A DNA stretch of 64,000 nt from Eledone cirrhosa (taxonomy: Eukaryota). The notes beneath the pieces were generated by a model. It was not told where the DNA came from. It did no database searches and saw only the letters and a list, made by a program, of their open reading frames with translations. The position numbers and the translations under genes were made by a program. The stretch covers positions 354,888,001-354,952,000 of the forward strand of contig OZ024740.1 of the NCBI GenBank assembly GCA_964016885.1. Direction: 5' to 3'. Shown in pieces: positions 25,987 to 37,511 of this stretch. How positions within the stretch are numbered: the first letter of the stretch is position 1; each line of letters begins with the position of its first letter.

Positions 25987-26383
25987 ATATATATATATAT
26001 GTGTGTGTGTATGTGTGTGTGTGTGTGTATTTGTGTGTGTGTGTGTATATTTATATGTGTGTGTGTGTATATTTATATGTGTGTGTGTGTATATTTATGT
26101 GTGTGTGTGTATATTTATGTGTGTGTGTGTATATTTATGTGTGTGTGTATATTTATGTGTGTGTGTGTGTATTTATATGTGTGTGTGTGTATTTATATAT
26201 ATGTGTGTGTATACTTATATATGTGTGTGTGTGTGTGTGTATATATTTATGTGTGTGTGTGTATATTTATATGTGTGTGTGTGTGTATTTATATGTGTGT
26301 GTGTGTGTATTTATATATGTGTGTGTGTGTATATTTATGTGTGTGTGTGTGTGTGTATATTTATATGTGTGTGTGTATATATT

Positions 26384-26424
<41 letters not shown>

Positions 26425-26576
26425 TTATATATGTGTGTGGATATATATATATATATATATGTGTGTGTGTATATAAATATATATATATATATATATATAA
26501 CGAAGGAAATGTGGTAAGGAACCAGGTGGACCATAACGCACCAAAGTACTCAATACTTGAGGTAGTAGAGTGGGTA

Positions 26577-26705
26577 ATAGGAACCAGTAAGACCCCGACA
26601 GCTGAGCTCAAGCCGTTTCGACGGCTAATTCTGGACTCAGAATTCTGAGTCCAGAATTAGCCGTCGAAACGGCTTGAGCTCAGCTGTCGGGGTCTTACTG
26701 GTTCC

Positions 26706-26708
<3 letters not shown>
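26577..26708. repeat. Perfect 132-bp palindrome (66-bp arms, no spacer)
   Basis: ATAGGAACC...CTCAGAA|TTCTGAG...GGTTCCTAT checked base by base; centre 26642/26643; embedded in (TA)n. Confidence 0.95.
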
Positions 26709-26738
<30 letters not shown>

Positions 26739-27099
26739 ATATGTATATGTAAACAGCCATGTTGCTTTCCCTTTGATGGCGTAACAGAAAATGAGAGATG
26801 CACACAGTGCATACCAATGTCACATTTTATATATGTGAGCATGCACATCTTTCAACATTTACAGAAAACTCTCCCGAAATACTTATTTTTGAAAAACAGT
26901 GGGAATTTTTTGTCCAACCCAATTATCATCACCACCGTTCAACGTCTATTTTTCCATGCTTGCATGGGTTAGACTTGTTGACCACGTCATGAGACATGTC
27001 TGGCCACTCTGTACCTTACTCAGAGGGAACTGTATTTTGGCTGGGACTTTTACAGCTGGATGCCGTTCCTAACATCAACCACATTTACAGTGGGGAACT

Positions 27100-27650
27100 G
27101 TGTGGCGCCATTATGAGGAAGATCTGGCCAGTTGGCCACGCTGCACCCTGCTCATATTGGAACCATAATTTGGGAGCTGGATGGTCCTGTTATAAGGGAG
27201 GTCAGGCCAGTTGGCCATGGCATGCCTTACTCATAGTGGAGCCATGTTACTGGGTGGTCCTGTTATAAGCGAAGTCTGGCCAGATGGCCGCGCGGCCGTA
27301 CCTTGCACATATTGGGATGGTTACTGTTATTTGGGAACTGGGTGGTCCCATTATGAGGGTAGTCTGCTCTATTGGCTGTGCCTTGCCTTGCTCATAGTGG
27401 GGTTATATTTAGGATGGTTTTTTATGGCTGCTGGATGCCCTTCCTACTACCAACCATATTTACAGTGTTGACCTGGGGGCACCAGTGTGTAGAGGGTCTG
27501 GCCAGTTGGCCGTAGAATACTCTGTTCACATTGGAACCGTAATTTGGGAGTTGGGTAGTTCCATTACCAGGGAGGGCTGGCCAGTTGGCCACGCCATGTT
27601 ACTGGCTGGTCCTTTTATGAGATAAGTCTGGCCAGATGACCACATCATAT
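27100..27650. repeat. Degenerate GC-rich minisatellite, about 70-85 bp unit
   Basis: TGGCCAG(T/A)TGGCC core recurs near 27125, 27205, 27278, 27499, 27578 and 27629, with recurring GGAACC.TAATTTGGGAG.TGG and TGGTCC..TTAT. Confidence 0.7.
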
Positions 27651-28973
27651 CCTGCACCCCCTTACATATATAAAATAAAAGATCATGTGACAGCCTGTAC
27701 TACATGAAATTGCATTAGCAAAACATTCTTGAAATGTGTAAAACAGCACTATAACAACATCCTATTACAAATTAGATATGTTATTTTAGTTTATTGCATG
27801 TTTCCACAATGATCTGTCCTCTAGTAATAATACTGTAAACATTTGAATTAACAAACCTGTTTTTAGATATTATCTGCTAAATCATTACAGGATGTGAAAA
27901 GTTAAAAGAAAAAATGGTTTATTAAAAGAAAAAATAGGTTTATTGTTTGCTTACTTTAAGAGTAAATAGTACTCTTTTCTAAAATATTTCTTTATGTATT
28001 GAATAGATATTTATAGATTATTTATGATCACTTGGATTGCAATCAACATGGGTTGCTGTTCTTGTTATTTTGACTACAGTCCAGCTTGTGGTGATGTATA
28101 AACGCCAAGTTCAAATATTGGGTTTATTTGGTTTTTATAGTGGTATTGTATTCTTGAACATTTGCATATGAAAGTGTGAAATCACTAACAGAATCGGTTT
28201 ATTTATATTGGCCTGGGTAAACAAACATCTTAATGCATTATTATCTCCATAAATATCAAATGAATGTATTCAGTGATTTTTATGGAAAGTGAAACTGTGC
28301 AGTATGTTGTTGCCAGTCAGAACCTTTTACTTAAGCTTAACAAAATTTTATGTACACAGCTCCATACCCATATGCGTGTATATGTTTGTACACATACGTA
28401 CACACATAATATAATAAAATATACACCATATATACTTGATTATAAGTCCCCTCCCCTTCATTTTAAGCCTGATAAAATGGCAGAATTCCAAACTCTGTGT
28501 ATAACCAAGGCAGCTAATCAACACATTATGTTTAGAAAATGCTCCTGTATGTGTGTGGAAGGCATATTTATGTGTTAAAAAGTTTAAATTATAAAAATTT
28601 GTTGGAAATATTTTCAAAGGAATGCATAAATAACATTAATGATAATGCAGTAAATTTAGAAAAACAGTGTTTCATCCTAAAATAATCACTCCAGATATTT
28701 TAGCACCTTATTTATGTAGAATTTGAAGCTGGTGAAAATATGCTAAATATTAACCTTGAATATAACCCCCCCCCCCCCCCCCCCAACACACACACACATT
28801 TTATCATTAGTTTTTTTGTACATAATTCTTGGTTTATATATAACTATATATTTTGTAATTTCTAATCCTTTCAATACTGCCCCATCTGAAACTGTTTTGG
28901 ATTGTATGTTAGAAAAAAATATTTGTTTTAAAGTGTTCCTGTTTAAATGTCTACCTTTCATTTTTATTCTATA

Positions 28974-29605
28974 ATAATAATAATAATAATAATAATGAAA
29001 TTATTTTGTAAAGTGCTCAGGTGCACTACGACTCATCAAAAGGTGCATGTATAGTACATAGAATAATATACACATGTCAGGGAAGTGAATAGTGTATGAG
29101 TCATGATATACATGTGTGTATGTGTATGGAGGAGGAACATTAGGTGTAGTGTTGGCGAATCTCGGGAAGCATGGAGGTTTTAAAGGATGCAGTGCCTCGA
29201 CAGCTAACGACTGATGCAGGTAGTTTGTTCCATGCTTCAGCAACTCTGAGCATGAACAAATGTTTCCGAAAGTCATGGGAACTGCTGTTTTCTGACTTTG
29301 TGAGCATGCCCATGTGTGTTAGCCACATGGAAATCAAAAAGGTACTCAGGGTTGTTGTTGGCAAGATGGTTAATAATTTTGTGGGTGTTTACCAAGTCAG
29401 TTGCCAGGCATCGGAGCTTCAATGTATCCATGCCCAGGGAAGCAAGGCATTCAGAGTATGGTAGATGCCTGATGGAGGGTATTCGCTTGGTTGCACGTCT
29501 CTGAAGAGTTTCCAGGCGGTCAATGTTCTGAGCAAGATAGGGGTCCCAGACTGGTGATGCAAATTCTAAGTGTGGCCGCACCATAGCCATGTACAGCTTT
29601 AAATA
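28974..29605 (-). mobile_element. CR1-group LINE 3' fragment, (TTA)n tail
   Basis: LYMAMVRPHLEFASPVWDPY..LETLQRRATKRIP and RVAEAWNKLPASVV; 3' UTR shared with 56375-56700. Confidence 0.88.
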
Positions 29606-30986
29606 GATAAGAACTATATAAGAACTTGTTCTAAACACCAGCTTAATAATGAGAAAGTTAGTTATATTACCAAACCTCTCCACATTTTAAAGTATTTGAA
29701 AATCATAGGCATTGTCTTTTATTATAAATATTGTAATGAAAGTGTTAAACAATTATTGGGTCACAATGAAGACTTAATCTTTCTGGAATGAATTGAGAGA
29801 AGCAGGTCAGCTTGGTAGAACCAGTTGTTCTTTTCAGTTATTGAAGAATAACATGAAATTACTGCTACAATGAGTAAATGAAGAAATATGAATTTAAATG
29901 CATGTCACAAACTCTGCTTGCCACTATTGTACTACCTTTATGTGGCTGGTCTTCCACAAAAAACACATTACTTGGGTGCGTGTACCTTGGGGAGCAACTT
30001 CCTCAGTACAAACCCTAGGTCAGACATGACCAAAAGGGTCAGAATCCCCTATGAATGGAGATGGGGTTCCATTTTTGATTACAAAAATCCACATCTATTG
30101 AGTGTTTGTTTGCACCTTCCTTCATGGTCAATGGAAACGACAGACTTAGGCAAGCTGGAAGTATTTCACCCCTTTTGCCTGCATCGATTCCTCCATGTCG
30201 ACGCTTTAGATTTTGCACCAAATTCTGAAATTCATTGTTTCTGCAGATCCCGCCAACAACTCTTACTCAAAATGTCCCTCCTTTGGTTTTGATCATTGCT
30301 TCAGTAAAATGCTGAGAATTTCATTACCATGATTATAGAAGCAAAGAAGACTTAGGAAGAGCATTGTTGCTAGGACTCCAAGATACATACAAAGAATGTG
30401 ATTGGCTATTCATGTCCTGTGGCATCTAAATCAGTAGTATTTAACAACATTGAGATCGACACTATCAAGAGGAAGATGGGGAAAAAAGCCGCAGGCTACA
30501 TTTTTTTTTTTTATTTATTGGATGTAAAATGAAAAGATGAGGATGATGGTGGCGATAATGGTGATGTCATTTATAAAAAAAAATAAAATAAAACTTTACC
30601 CTCAGTTAACCCAGATCAAGAAAAAAAAATTCTTATTGTTTTGTATTCATTATATTGAACCACCTTTACTTTCTTCAGTCATATAAATCAATAACTTCTA
30701 GATTCAAAACCATGCCTTTTGGTGCTGGAATCTATAAATATTTTTGTATAGTTTGAAATACCATTAGTAAAAAATCCTGTAGGACATTAGTGATTAAAAA
30801 ATTAATCAGAAAATATTTTATATTGTTGTTTTGTTTAGCTTTAAGAGAACTTAGACAATTATACTATATATGGTATACTTGCTGAAATAATTAAAATTGT
30901 ATTAGTAATTGAGATAATTAGTAATTGAGATAATATCTTTTTCTCACATAATTATTTTGAATTAGATTTTTTTTATGCTCACTGCA

Positions 30987-31215
30987 TTAACCCATTAGAA
31001 TTTACATTACTCTATATATACTATTATATTTTTGTGGTAAAGGCTTTACCTCACATAATTATCTCACATAATATCAAATCTATGAGATTCTGATGTTATT
31101 TATTTTGAGACCAATACCTTAATGTTAGTATGAGTGGCTAGTTATGTCCGGTTTGAACAGAAAGTGGTTAGAAAATTCTGGCCGGATACAGCCAGTTTAA
31201 ATGCTAAAGGGTTAA
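30987..31215. mobile_element. TTAA MITE family A
   Basis: Same TIRs and internal sequence as 3784-4012. Confidence 0.85.
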
Positions 31216-31442
31216 ACATATGAATACCAAATATTATTGTATTCTTTTTGACGTGTTTGCTGTCTGTTCCCATGTACATGATCACTCACAGTCTCAATCC
31301 ACTCTCAAATATCAGACCACAGTTGTGTGAGAACAACATTCAGGGAGAAATACTTCCTAATATAAAACAAAGCTGTATTATAGCTTCAAAACAAAAAATT
31401 GATTTATGATGGGTCGAGAATCATGTTGAATGTTCCACATCT

Positions 31443-31665
31443 TAATAATCGTTTCTGATTCAGGCACAAGGCCAGTAGTTTTGGTGGAGGGGAAAGTCGA
31501 TTAGATTGACCCCAGTGCATTACTGCTACTTTATTTTATCAACCCTGTAAAGATGAAAGGCAAAGCTAAACCCAGTGGGATTTGAACTCAGAAAGAAAAG
31601 GGCCATAACTCTATGCCGTTAAGCATCTTGTCCGATGCTCTACCAATTCTTCCAATCTGCCCTTT
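31443..31665 (-). mobile_element. tRNA-derived SINE, same family as 4868-5083
   Basis: Reverse complement of the full unit, including GGATTTGAACTC. Confidence 0.85.
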
Positions 31666-31990
31666 CCACATCTTAATGAGAAAGTTTGTTATATTACTAT
31701 CTTAAATTATTCATTATTAAGTTAAATTCCAAACACCAGAGAAAGTATGTATTATCATTAAATCCCTTTAAATTCTTGATTATAAAAAAATTAAAAACCA
31801 GTGTTTTTCATTGGAAATATGGTAACAAAAGGGCTAACATACTGTTGAATATACAGGTCATTACATGATCATTTACTAAGTAGGTAGATAGATTGAACAA
31901 TTGACATGGTCATTATTGAAACCAATGAATGATTTGTATATATATCTCCCCCTTCCCCCCTCTCTTTCTTCCCCTCTATCTCTCTCTTAG

Positions 31991-32043
<53 letters not shown>

Positions 32044-32329
32044 AGATAAGTTCTCCTTCATGTTTATTCACTTTCGCCAATCCACCGCTGCTTCAATTAT
32101 TTCTATGATGGACTCATGTAAATCGTAAAGTACAAATTCTTCTCTCCATTTCCACGCTCAATTTCGTACATAGTCCAAACAAACATCCAATCTCGCAAAA
32201 TCCGAAATCTGTATTTTTTTGTTATCTATTTAAGGTTTAAATACGGTGTTTTTGTCGTATTGAACAGAACAAATCTTGCAGTTTTGCTTTTTGTTAAATC
32301 GCTTGTTAAACATTCATAACCTTCCAGCT

Positions 32330-35300
32330 AGCTACCCCACACCCCTCCCTCCCGCCCCCACACGCCACCATACTTAATACGTGGACCAATCATAAGCCAG
32401 AGCCCCCCCCCCCGCATCACCACCATTATTATAAGCCAGAGCCCCCCACCCCCACCCCCACGCATCACCATTATTATTATTACGCGGACCAAATCATAAG
32501 CCAGAGGCCTATACTATCGCTTGCCCGGTTGCCTTCGATATATGATGGATGGATGGACGGACGGACTGCGGAATCCTGGAGAGTGGAAGGGAGAGAAAAA
32601 TCTGGACGCCCAGAGCGAAAATGCCAAAGTTAAAGTCAAATTCACCTCGTGGACGAGAACGCGAGCACTCCTCTTTGTTTCGTCCGCGGATGGCTAACAT
32701 AACTCTATCTCCTCCCGCCCCCCACCACCCCCACCCTCCAAACGCAACCCAAAACTTCAGAGTTGGTACCATAAATGTAGGCACCCTAAAGGGTCGCGCT
32801 AACGAGGTTGTAGAAATGCTTGAACGTAAGGAGGTCGATGTTTGTTGTATTCAAGAGACCAGGTGGAGGGGTGGGTCTGCTAGATTCATTGAGGGTAAAA
32901 AACGATGTTATAAGCTTTTCTGGGTGGGAAACGACGATGGGCTGGGTGGAGTAGGAATCATGGTAGCAGAAAAGTGGGCAGATAAGATAATAGACGTAAA
33001 TAGAGTGAACGACAGAATAATTAAAATAAGACTTGTCCTCAATAGAACTACGGTGACAGTAATATCTGCGTACGCACCCCAATCCGGACTGCCCGGCACT
33101 ATAAAAGACAGATTCTATGAGACACTGTTGCTAACTACCTCCCAAATATCTGACAGTGACTATATAATTATTGCAGGCGACCTAAATGGTCACGTTGGAC
33201 AACATTGTGACGGCTACGACGAAATCCATGGAGGCTATGGGTTTGGTACTAGAAATGAGGAAGGCTCCAGAATTCTGGAATACTGTGATGCAAATAACCT
33301 AACTATCTGTAACACTAACTTCAAAAAACGTGACAATCACCTGATTACCTATAGATCCGGGGAACACACAAGCCAGGTAGATTATATCCTTACCAGAAGA
33401 CGTGACAGAGTGTCTGTTGTAAACACTAAATCCCTCCCCCATGAAGAATGCACCTCCCAACATAGACTGATAATTAGCGACCTCATAGTCAGGACGAGAC
33501 GTACCCGACAGCAGAAGAGGACTATCCTCAGGAGGAAAATATGGAAACTAAAGGACCCCACAGCCAGAAATAAATTTCAAAGCATATTACTTGATGCTTT
33601 CGACAGTAAGGAAGAGCATCTAGAATCGGACAATATAGAGGGACAGTGGAAATTTCTGAAAGCAAACCTGCTGTTGGCGACAGACGAAGTCTGTGGCTGG
33701 AGCAGGCCTGTAGGCAGGAGGAGAGTAACATGGTGGTGGAACAATAGGGTGGAGGGGTCAATTAAGGCCAAAAAGCAGGCTTGGAAAGTATGGCGGGATG
33801 GGGGAAGTAGAGTAGACTATCAAGTGGCCAGGAGGGAAGCTAGGAGAGAAGTGTACTTAGCAAGAAGGGAAGCTGAGGAAAGAAAGTTCAAGCATGTTCT
33901 ACAACGCGATGACCAAAAACGTGAGGTGTTCAGGATTGCCAGGCAATGCGTCAAGGAAAACCGTGATATTGTCGGGGAGAAGTGTGTACTTAACGATGAT
34001 GGCATACTTGCCATCACCGACACTGATAAGAAGGTAGCTTGGAAGTGTCACTATGAAAGGCTACTAAATGAGGAGAATAAATGGGAGAAAGACAGTCTCC
34101 CCCATATCGACCCGATAGAGGGACCAGCAGTGTTAGTCGAGGGGAGTATAATAAGTAAGGCAATCAAGGATATGAAGACTGGTAAGGCGGCTGGGCCTTC
34201 GGAAATAGTTGCTGAGATGCTGAAGGCATCTGGCACGGTGGGACACACCATGGTCACCCGCATAGTTAACCAAGTCGTACAGAATGGGGTTGTTCCGAAG
34301 GACTGGCATAGCAGCATCATCGTTAACTGTTATAAGGGTAAAGGAGACGCCCTAGATAGGAGTAACTATAGAGGCATTAAATTAATCGACCAGGTCATGA
34401 AGGTCACGGAAAAAGTAATAGCGCAACTAATCAGAGAGAGAATTGATCTAGATGAAATGCAGTTCGGGTTTGTGTCAGGCAAAAGCACCACAGACGCTCT
34501 TTTCATAGTACGACAACTACAGGAGAAGTACCTAGCTAAAGGTAAACCCCTCTACTTAGCTTTTGTCGACCTGGAGAAAGCCTTCGACAGAGTCCCCCGC
34601 TCCATTATCTGGTGGGCTCTTAGAAAACTAGGCGTTGACGAATGGCTTGTGAGGGCTATACAAGCCATGTATAAAGAAACAGTCAGCAAGGTTAGAATTA
34701 ACAACGAATATAGTGAAGAGTTTAGCGTAAAAGTTGGCGTCCATCAGGGCTCTGTTCTCAGCCCCCTACTATTTATTATTGCCCTTCAGGCTATAACAGA
34801 GGAGTTCAAGACAGGCTGCCCATGGGAACTCCTATACGCAGACGACCTGACACTCATAGCGGAATCAATGGCCGAGCTAGAGAAGAAATTCCAAACATGG
34901 AAGCACGGCCTAGAGTCAAAAGGACTTAAAATTAACCTGGCTAAGACCAAAGTTCTAGTTTGTAGGAAAGAAAACAAGGCGGCGGTCCCTTCTGGGAAAT
35001 GGTCGTGCTCGGTATGTAGGAAAGGCGTAGGTAGAAACTCCATCTTATGTCCTAAATGCAAAGTATGGGTGCATAAAAGATGTAGTGGGATCACAGGTAA
35101 GCTAACTAAGAACATAGACTTTACATGTGGCCGGTGTTCTGGTGCAATAAGTAGCAGCAAGTGCCCACAAAATACTAGCTCTTTCAATTGCGCAGAGGGT
35201 TCTATAGAAATAGTGGACAGCTTCCGTTACCTGGGCGATAAAATCAGCAGTGGGGGAGGGTGCTCTGAAAGTACTGTAGCTAGAGTCAGAACTGGTTGGA

Positions 35301-36159
35301 AAAAGTTCAGAGAGCTTATACCACTATTAGCTGCTAAAGGGTTCTCCCTAAAAATGAAAGGCAGGTTGTACGATGCCTGCATACGAACAGCAATGTTGCA
35401 TGGTAGTGAGACCTGGGCATTGTGTGCAGAGGATATACGCAGACTAGAGAGGAACGAAGCTTGCATGCTCCGCTGGATGTGTAACAGTAATATACGTGAA
35501 CGGCAAAGCATAAACGAACTAAGGAAAAAATTAGAGATAAGAGGGATCAGATGTTGTTTACTCGAGAGAAGGCTGCGTTGGTATGGACACGTGATGCGCA
35601 TGAAAGTCGATAGCTGTATTACAAAGTGCAGGGCAATAAAGATAGACGGTAGCCACGGAATAGGCAGACCTAGAAAAACATGGGATGAGCTGATAAACTC
35701 CGACCTCACACACTTACACCTCTCCAAGACAATGTCACTGGACCGTGACCTTTGGCGGTACTCAGTAACAGAAAAGACCCGCCTTGCCAGTAGGCATCTC
35801 TAACAAACTACACCCCGTCCCGCCACCACCCCCACCCCATCCACACCACCCCGTTCTATGTAAAGTTATGTTGGTGCCGCGCCATCCAGGCCGAAACAAA
35901 TGAGATCGTGTAGGTGTCACGACAAAAAAACACACAGTCCACGCTGTAATGTGGCCGTGTAGGCAACACGGTAAAAACCTCCCAGACCCACACTGTAAAT
36001 GTGGTTGGTGTTAGGAAGGGCATCCAACTGTAGAAAACCTGCCAGACAGTCCTATGCGAGCAAGACAATCACTCTTGCCTCAAGTGGGACTACCCCCGTC
36101 CAAACCCATGCAAGCGTGGAACACGGACGTTAAACGTTGATGATGATGATGATGATGAT
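32330..36159 (+). mobile_element. Apparently full-length RTE-clade LINE
   Basis: C-rich repetitive leader, intact ORF, about 340-nt 3' UTR ending in (GAT)n then (TA)n. 5' boundary approximate; no TSD identified. Confidence 0.88.
32549..35803 (+). CDS. RTE-clade LINE ORF: AP endonuclease + reverse transcriptase with PHD-type zinc finger insertion
   Basis: Uninterrupted 1084 aa. APE motifs GTINVGTL, CIQETRW, SAYAPQ, IAGDLNGHVG, QVDYIL, SQHRLII; RT motifs NYRGIKL, QFGF, FVDLEKAFDRVP, GVHQGSVLSPLLF, LLYADD, FRYLG; RTE C-terminus [18 protein letters not shown]. The true start Met is uncertain. Confidence 0.96.
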   Translation: MDGRTDCGILESGRERKIWTPRAKMPKLKSNSPRGREREHSSLFRPRMANITLSPPAPHHPHPPNATQNFRVGTINVGTLKGRANEVVEMLERKEVDVCCIQETRWRGGSARFIEGKKRCYKLFWVGNDDGLGGVGIMVAEKWADKIIDVNRVNDRIIKIRLVLNRTTVTVISAYAPQSGLPGTIKDRFYETLLLTTSQISDSDYIIIAGDLNGHVGQHCDGYDEIHGGYGFGTRNEEGSRILEYCDANNLTICNTNFKKRDNHLITYRSGEHTSQVDYILTRRRDRVSVVNTKSLPHEECTSQHRLIISDLIVRTRRTRQQKRTILRRKIWKLKDPTARNKFQSILLDAFDSKEEHLESDNIEGQWKFLKANLLLATDEVCGWSRPVGRRRVTWWWNNRVEGSIKAKKQAWKVWRDGGSRVDYQVARREARREVYLARREAEERKFKHVLQRDDQKREVFRIARQCVKENRDIVGEKCVLNDDGILAITDTDKKVAWKCHYERLLNEENKWEKDSLPHIDPIEGPAVLVEGSIISKAIKDMKTGKAAGPSEIVAEMLKASGTVGHTMVTRIVNQVVQNGVVPKDWHSSIIVNCYKGKGDALDRSNYRGIKLIDQVMKVTEKVIAQLIRERIDLDEMQFGFVSGKSTTDALFIVRQLQEKYLAKGKPLYLAFVDLEKAFDRVPRSIIWWALRKLGVDEWLVRAIQAMYKETVSKVRINNEYSEEFSVKVGVHQGSVLSPLLFIIALQAITEEFKTGCPWELLYADDLTLIAESMAELEKKFQTWKHGLESKGLKINLAKTKVLVCRKENKAAVPSGKWSCSVCRKGVGRNSILCPKCKVWVHKRCSGITGKLTKNIDFTCGRCSGAISSSKCPQNTSSFNCAEGSIEIVDSFRYLGDKISSGGGCSESTVARVRTGWKKFRELIPLLAAKGFSLKMKGRLYDACIRTAMLHGSETWALCAEDIRRLERNEACMLRWMCNSNIRERQSINELRKKLEIRGIRCCLLERRLRWYGHVMRMKVDSCITKCRAIKIDGSHGIGRPRKTWDELINSDLTHLHLSKTMSLDRDLWRYSVTEKTRLASRHL

Positions 36160-36314
36160 ATATATATATATATATATTAGAAAGTGAGTTTTTTTTTACA
36201 AAATGAAAATTAACCGAGGTGTCCTACACGAGTGAAAGTATAAAGAAAAAGAGATGAAATCGAAAATGCAACTGGAGTCTTATTTAAAAAAAAATATATA
36301 TATTTATTTGGTTC

Positions 36315-36350
36315 CTTTAGCGGTTTCGCAGTTCTTCTGCTTTTCAAAAG
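36315..36350 (-). ncRNA. Minimal hammerhead ribozyme candidate with U3-A8 covariation
   Basis: Minus strand: CUU UUGAAAA GCAG-AAGAA-CUGC GAAA CCGC UA AAG. The C3-G8 pair is replaced by U3-A8; 4-bp stem II; only 3-bp stem I; imperfect stem III palindrome. Confidence 0.45.
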
Positions 36351-36543
36351 TAGAGTTGAGATGGAGGGTCTGTGGTTTTTCTCACATCTGGTTGGTCTCT
36401 GAATGTTACTTGTTTTATATGGAAAAAGTGGCTCGAAATGCCAGGTTTTTCGAGAAGTAATTTGATTGGTTGGTCAATAATTATAATAAATTTTGCGCCA
36501 GTTCGCGTTACAAAGTTCTTCAAACAAGGGGGGGGGGGTATCA

Positions 36544-37511
36544 CTGATGGTTCTATAGAAATAGTGGACACCTTCCGTTACCTGGGTGACAAAATCAGCA
36601 GTGGTGGAGGGTGCTCTGAAAGTACAGTAGCTAGAGTCAGAACTGGATGGAAAAAGTTCAGAGAGCTTATACCACTATTAGCCGCTAAAGGGTTCTCTCT
36701 AAAAATGAAAGGCAGGCTGTATGATGCCTGCATACGAACAGCAATGTTACATGTCAGTGATACCTGGGCATTGTGTGCAGAGGATATATGCAGACTGGAG
36801 AGGAACGAAGCTTGCATGCTCCGCTGGATGTGTAATAGTAATATACGTGAATGGCAAAGCATAAACGAACTAAGGGAAAAATTAGAAATAAGAGGGATCA
36901 GATGTTGTTTACTTGAGAGAAGACTACATTGGTATGGTCACGTAATGCGCATGAAAGATGACAGCTGTATAAAAAAGTGCAGGGCAATAAAAATAGACGG
37001 TAGCCACAGAGTAGGCAGACCCAGAAAAACCTGGGATGACTTGATAAATTCCGACTTCACACACTTACATCTCTCCAAGACAATGTCACTGGACCGAGAT
37101 CTTTGGCGCTACACAGTAATATAGAAGACCCGCCTTACCTAAGTACAAAGTGAAACCTACTACAGTCAGTAGGCACCTCTAACAAAAATACACCCCCACC
37201 CCATCCACACCACCCCTTTCAATGTAAAGTTATGTTGGTACTACAACATCCAGTCTGAAACAAATGAGGTCGTGTAGGTGTCACGACAAAAAAACACACA
37301 GTCCACGCTGTAATGTGGGCGTGTAGGGAACATGGTAAAAACCTCCCAGTCCACACTGTAAATGTGGTTGGTGTTAGGAAGGGCATCCAGCCGTAGAAAA
37401 CCCGCCAGGCAGTCCTATGTGAGCAAGACAACCACTCTTGCCTCAAGTGGGAAAACTCCCGTCCAAACCCATGCAAGCGTGGAAGATGGACGTTAAACGA
37501 TGATGATGATG

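Noticed and set aside
27100-27650. CRISPR-like repeat-spacer pattern
   Set aside because: Eukaryotic context, degenerate repeats, inter-repeat sequences similar to each other, and no cas genes.
32620-32710. Possible HDV-like ribozyme near the RTE 5' end (TTC-ACCTCGT-GGA resembles P3/L3)
   Set aside because: Could not find compatible P1, P1.1 and P2 pairings by eye; would need a descriptor-based search.
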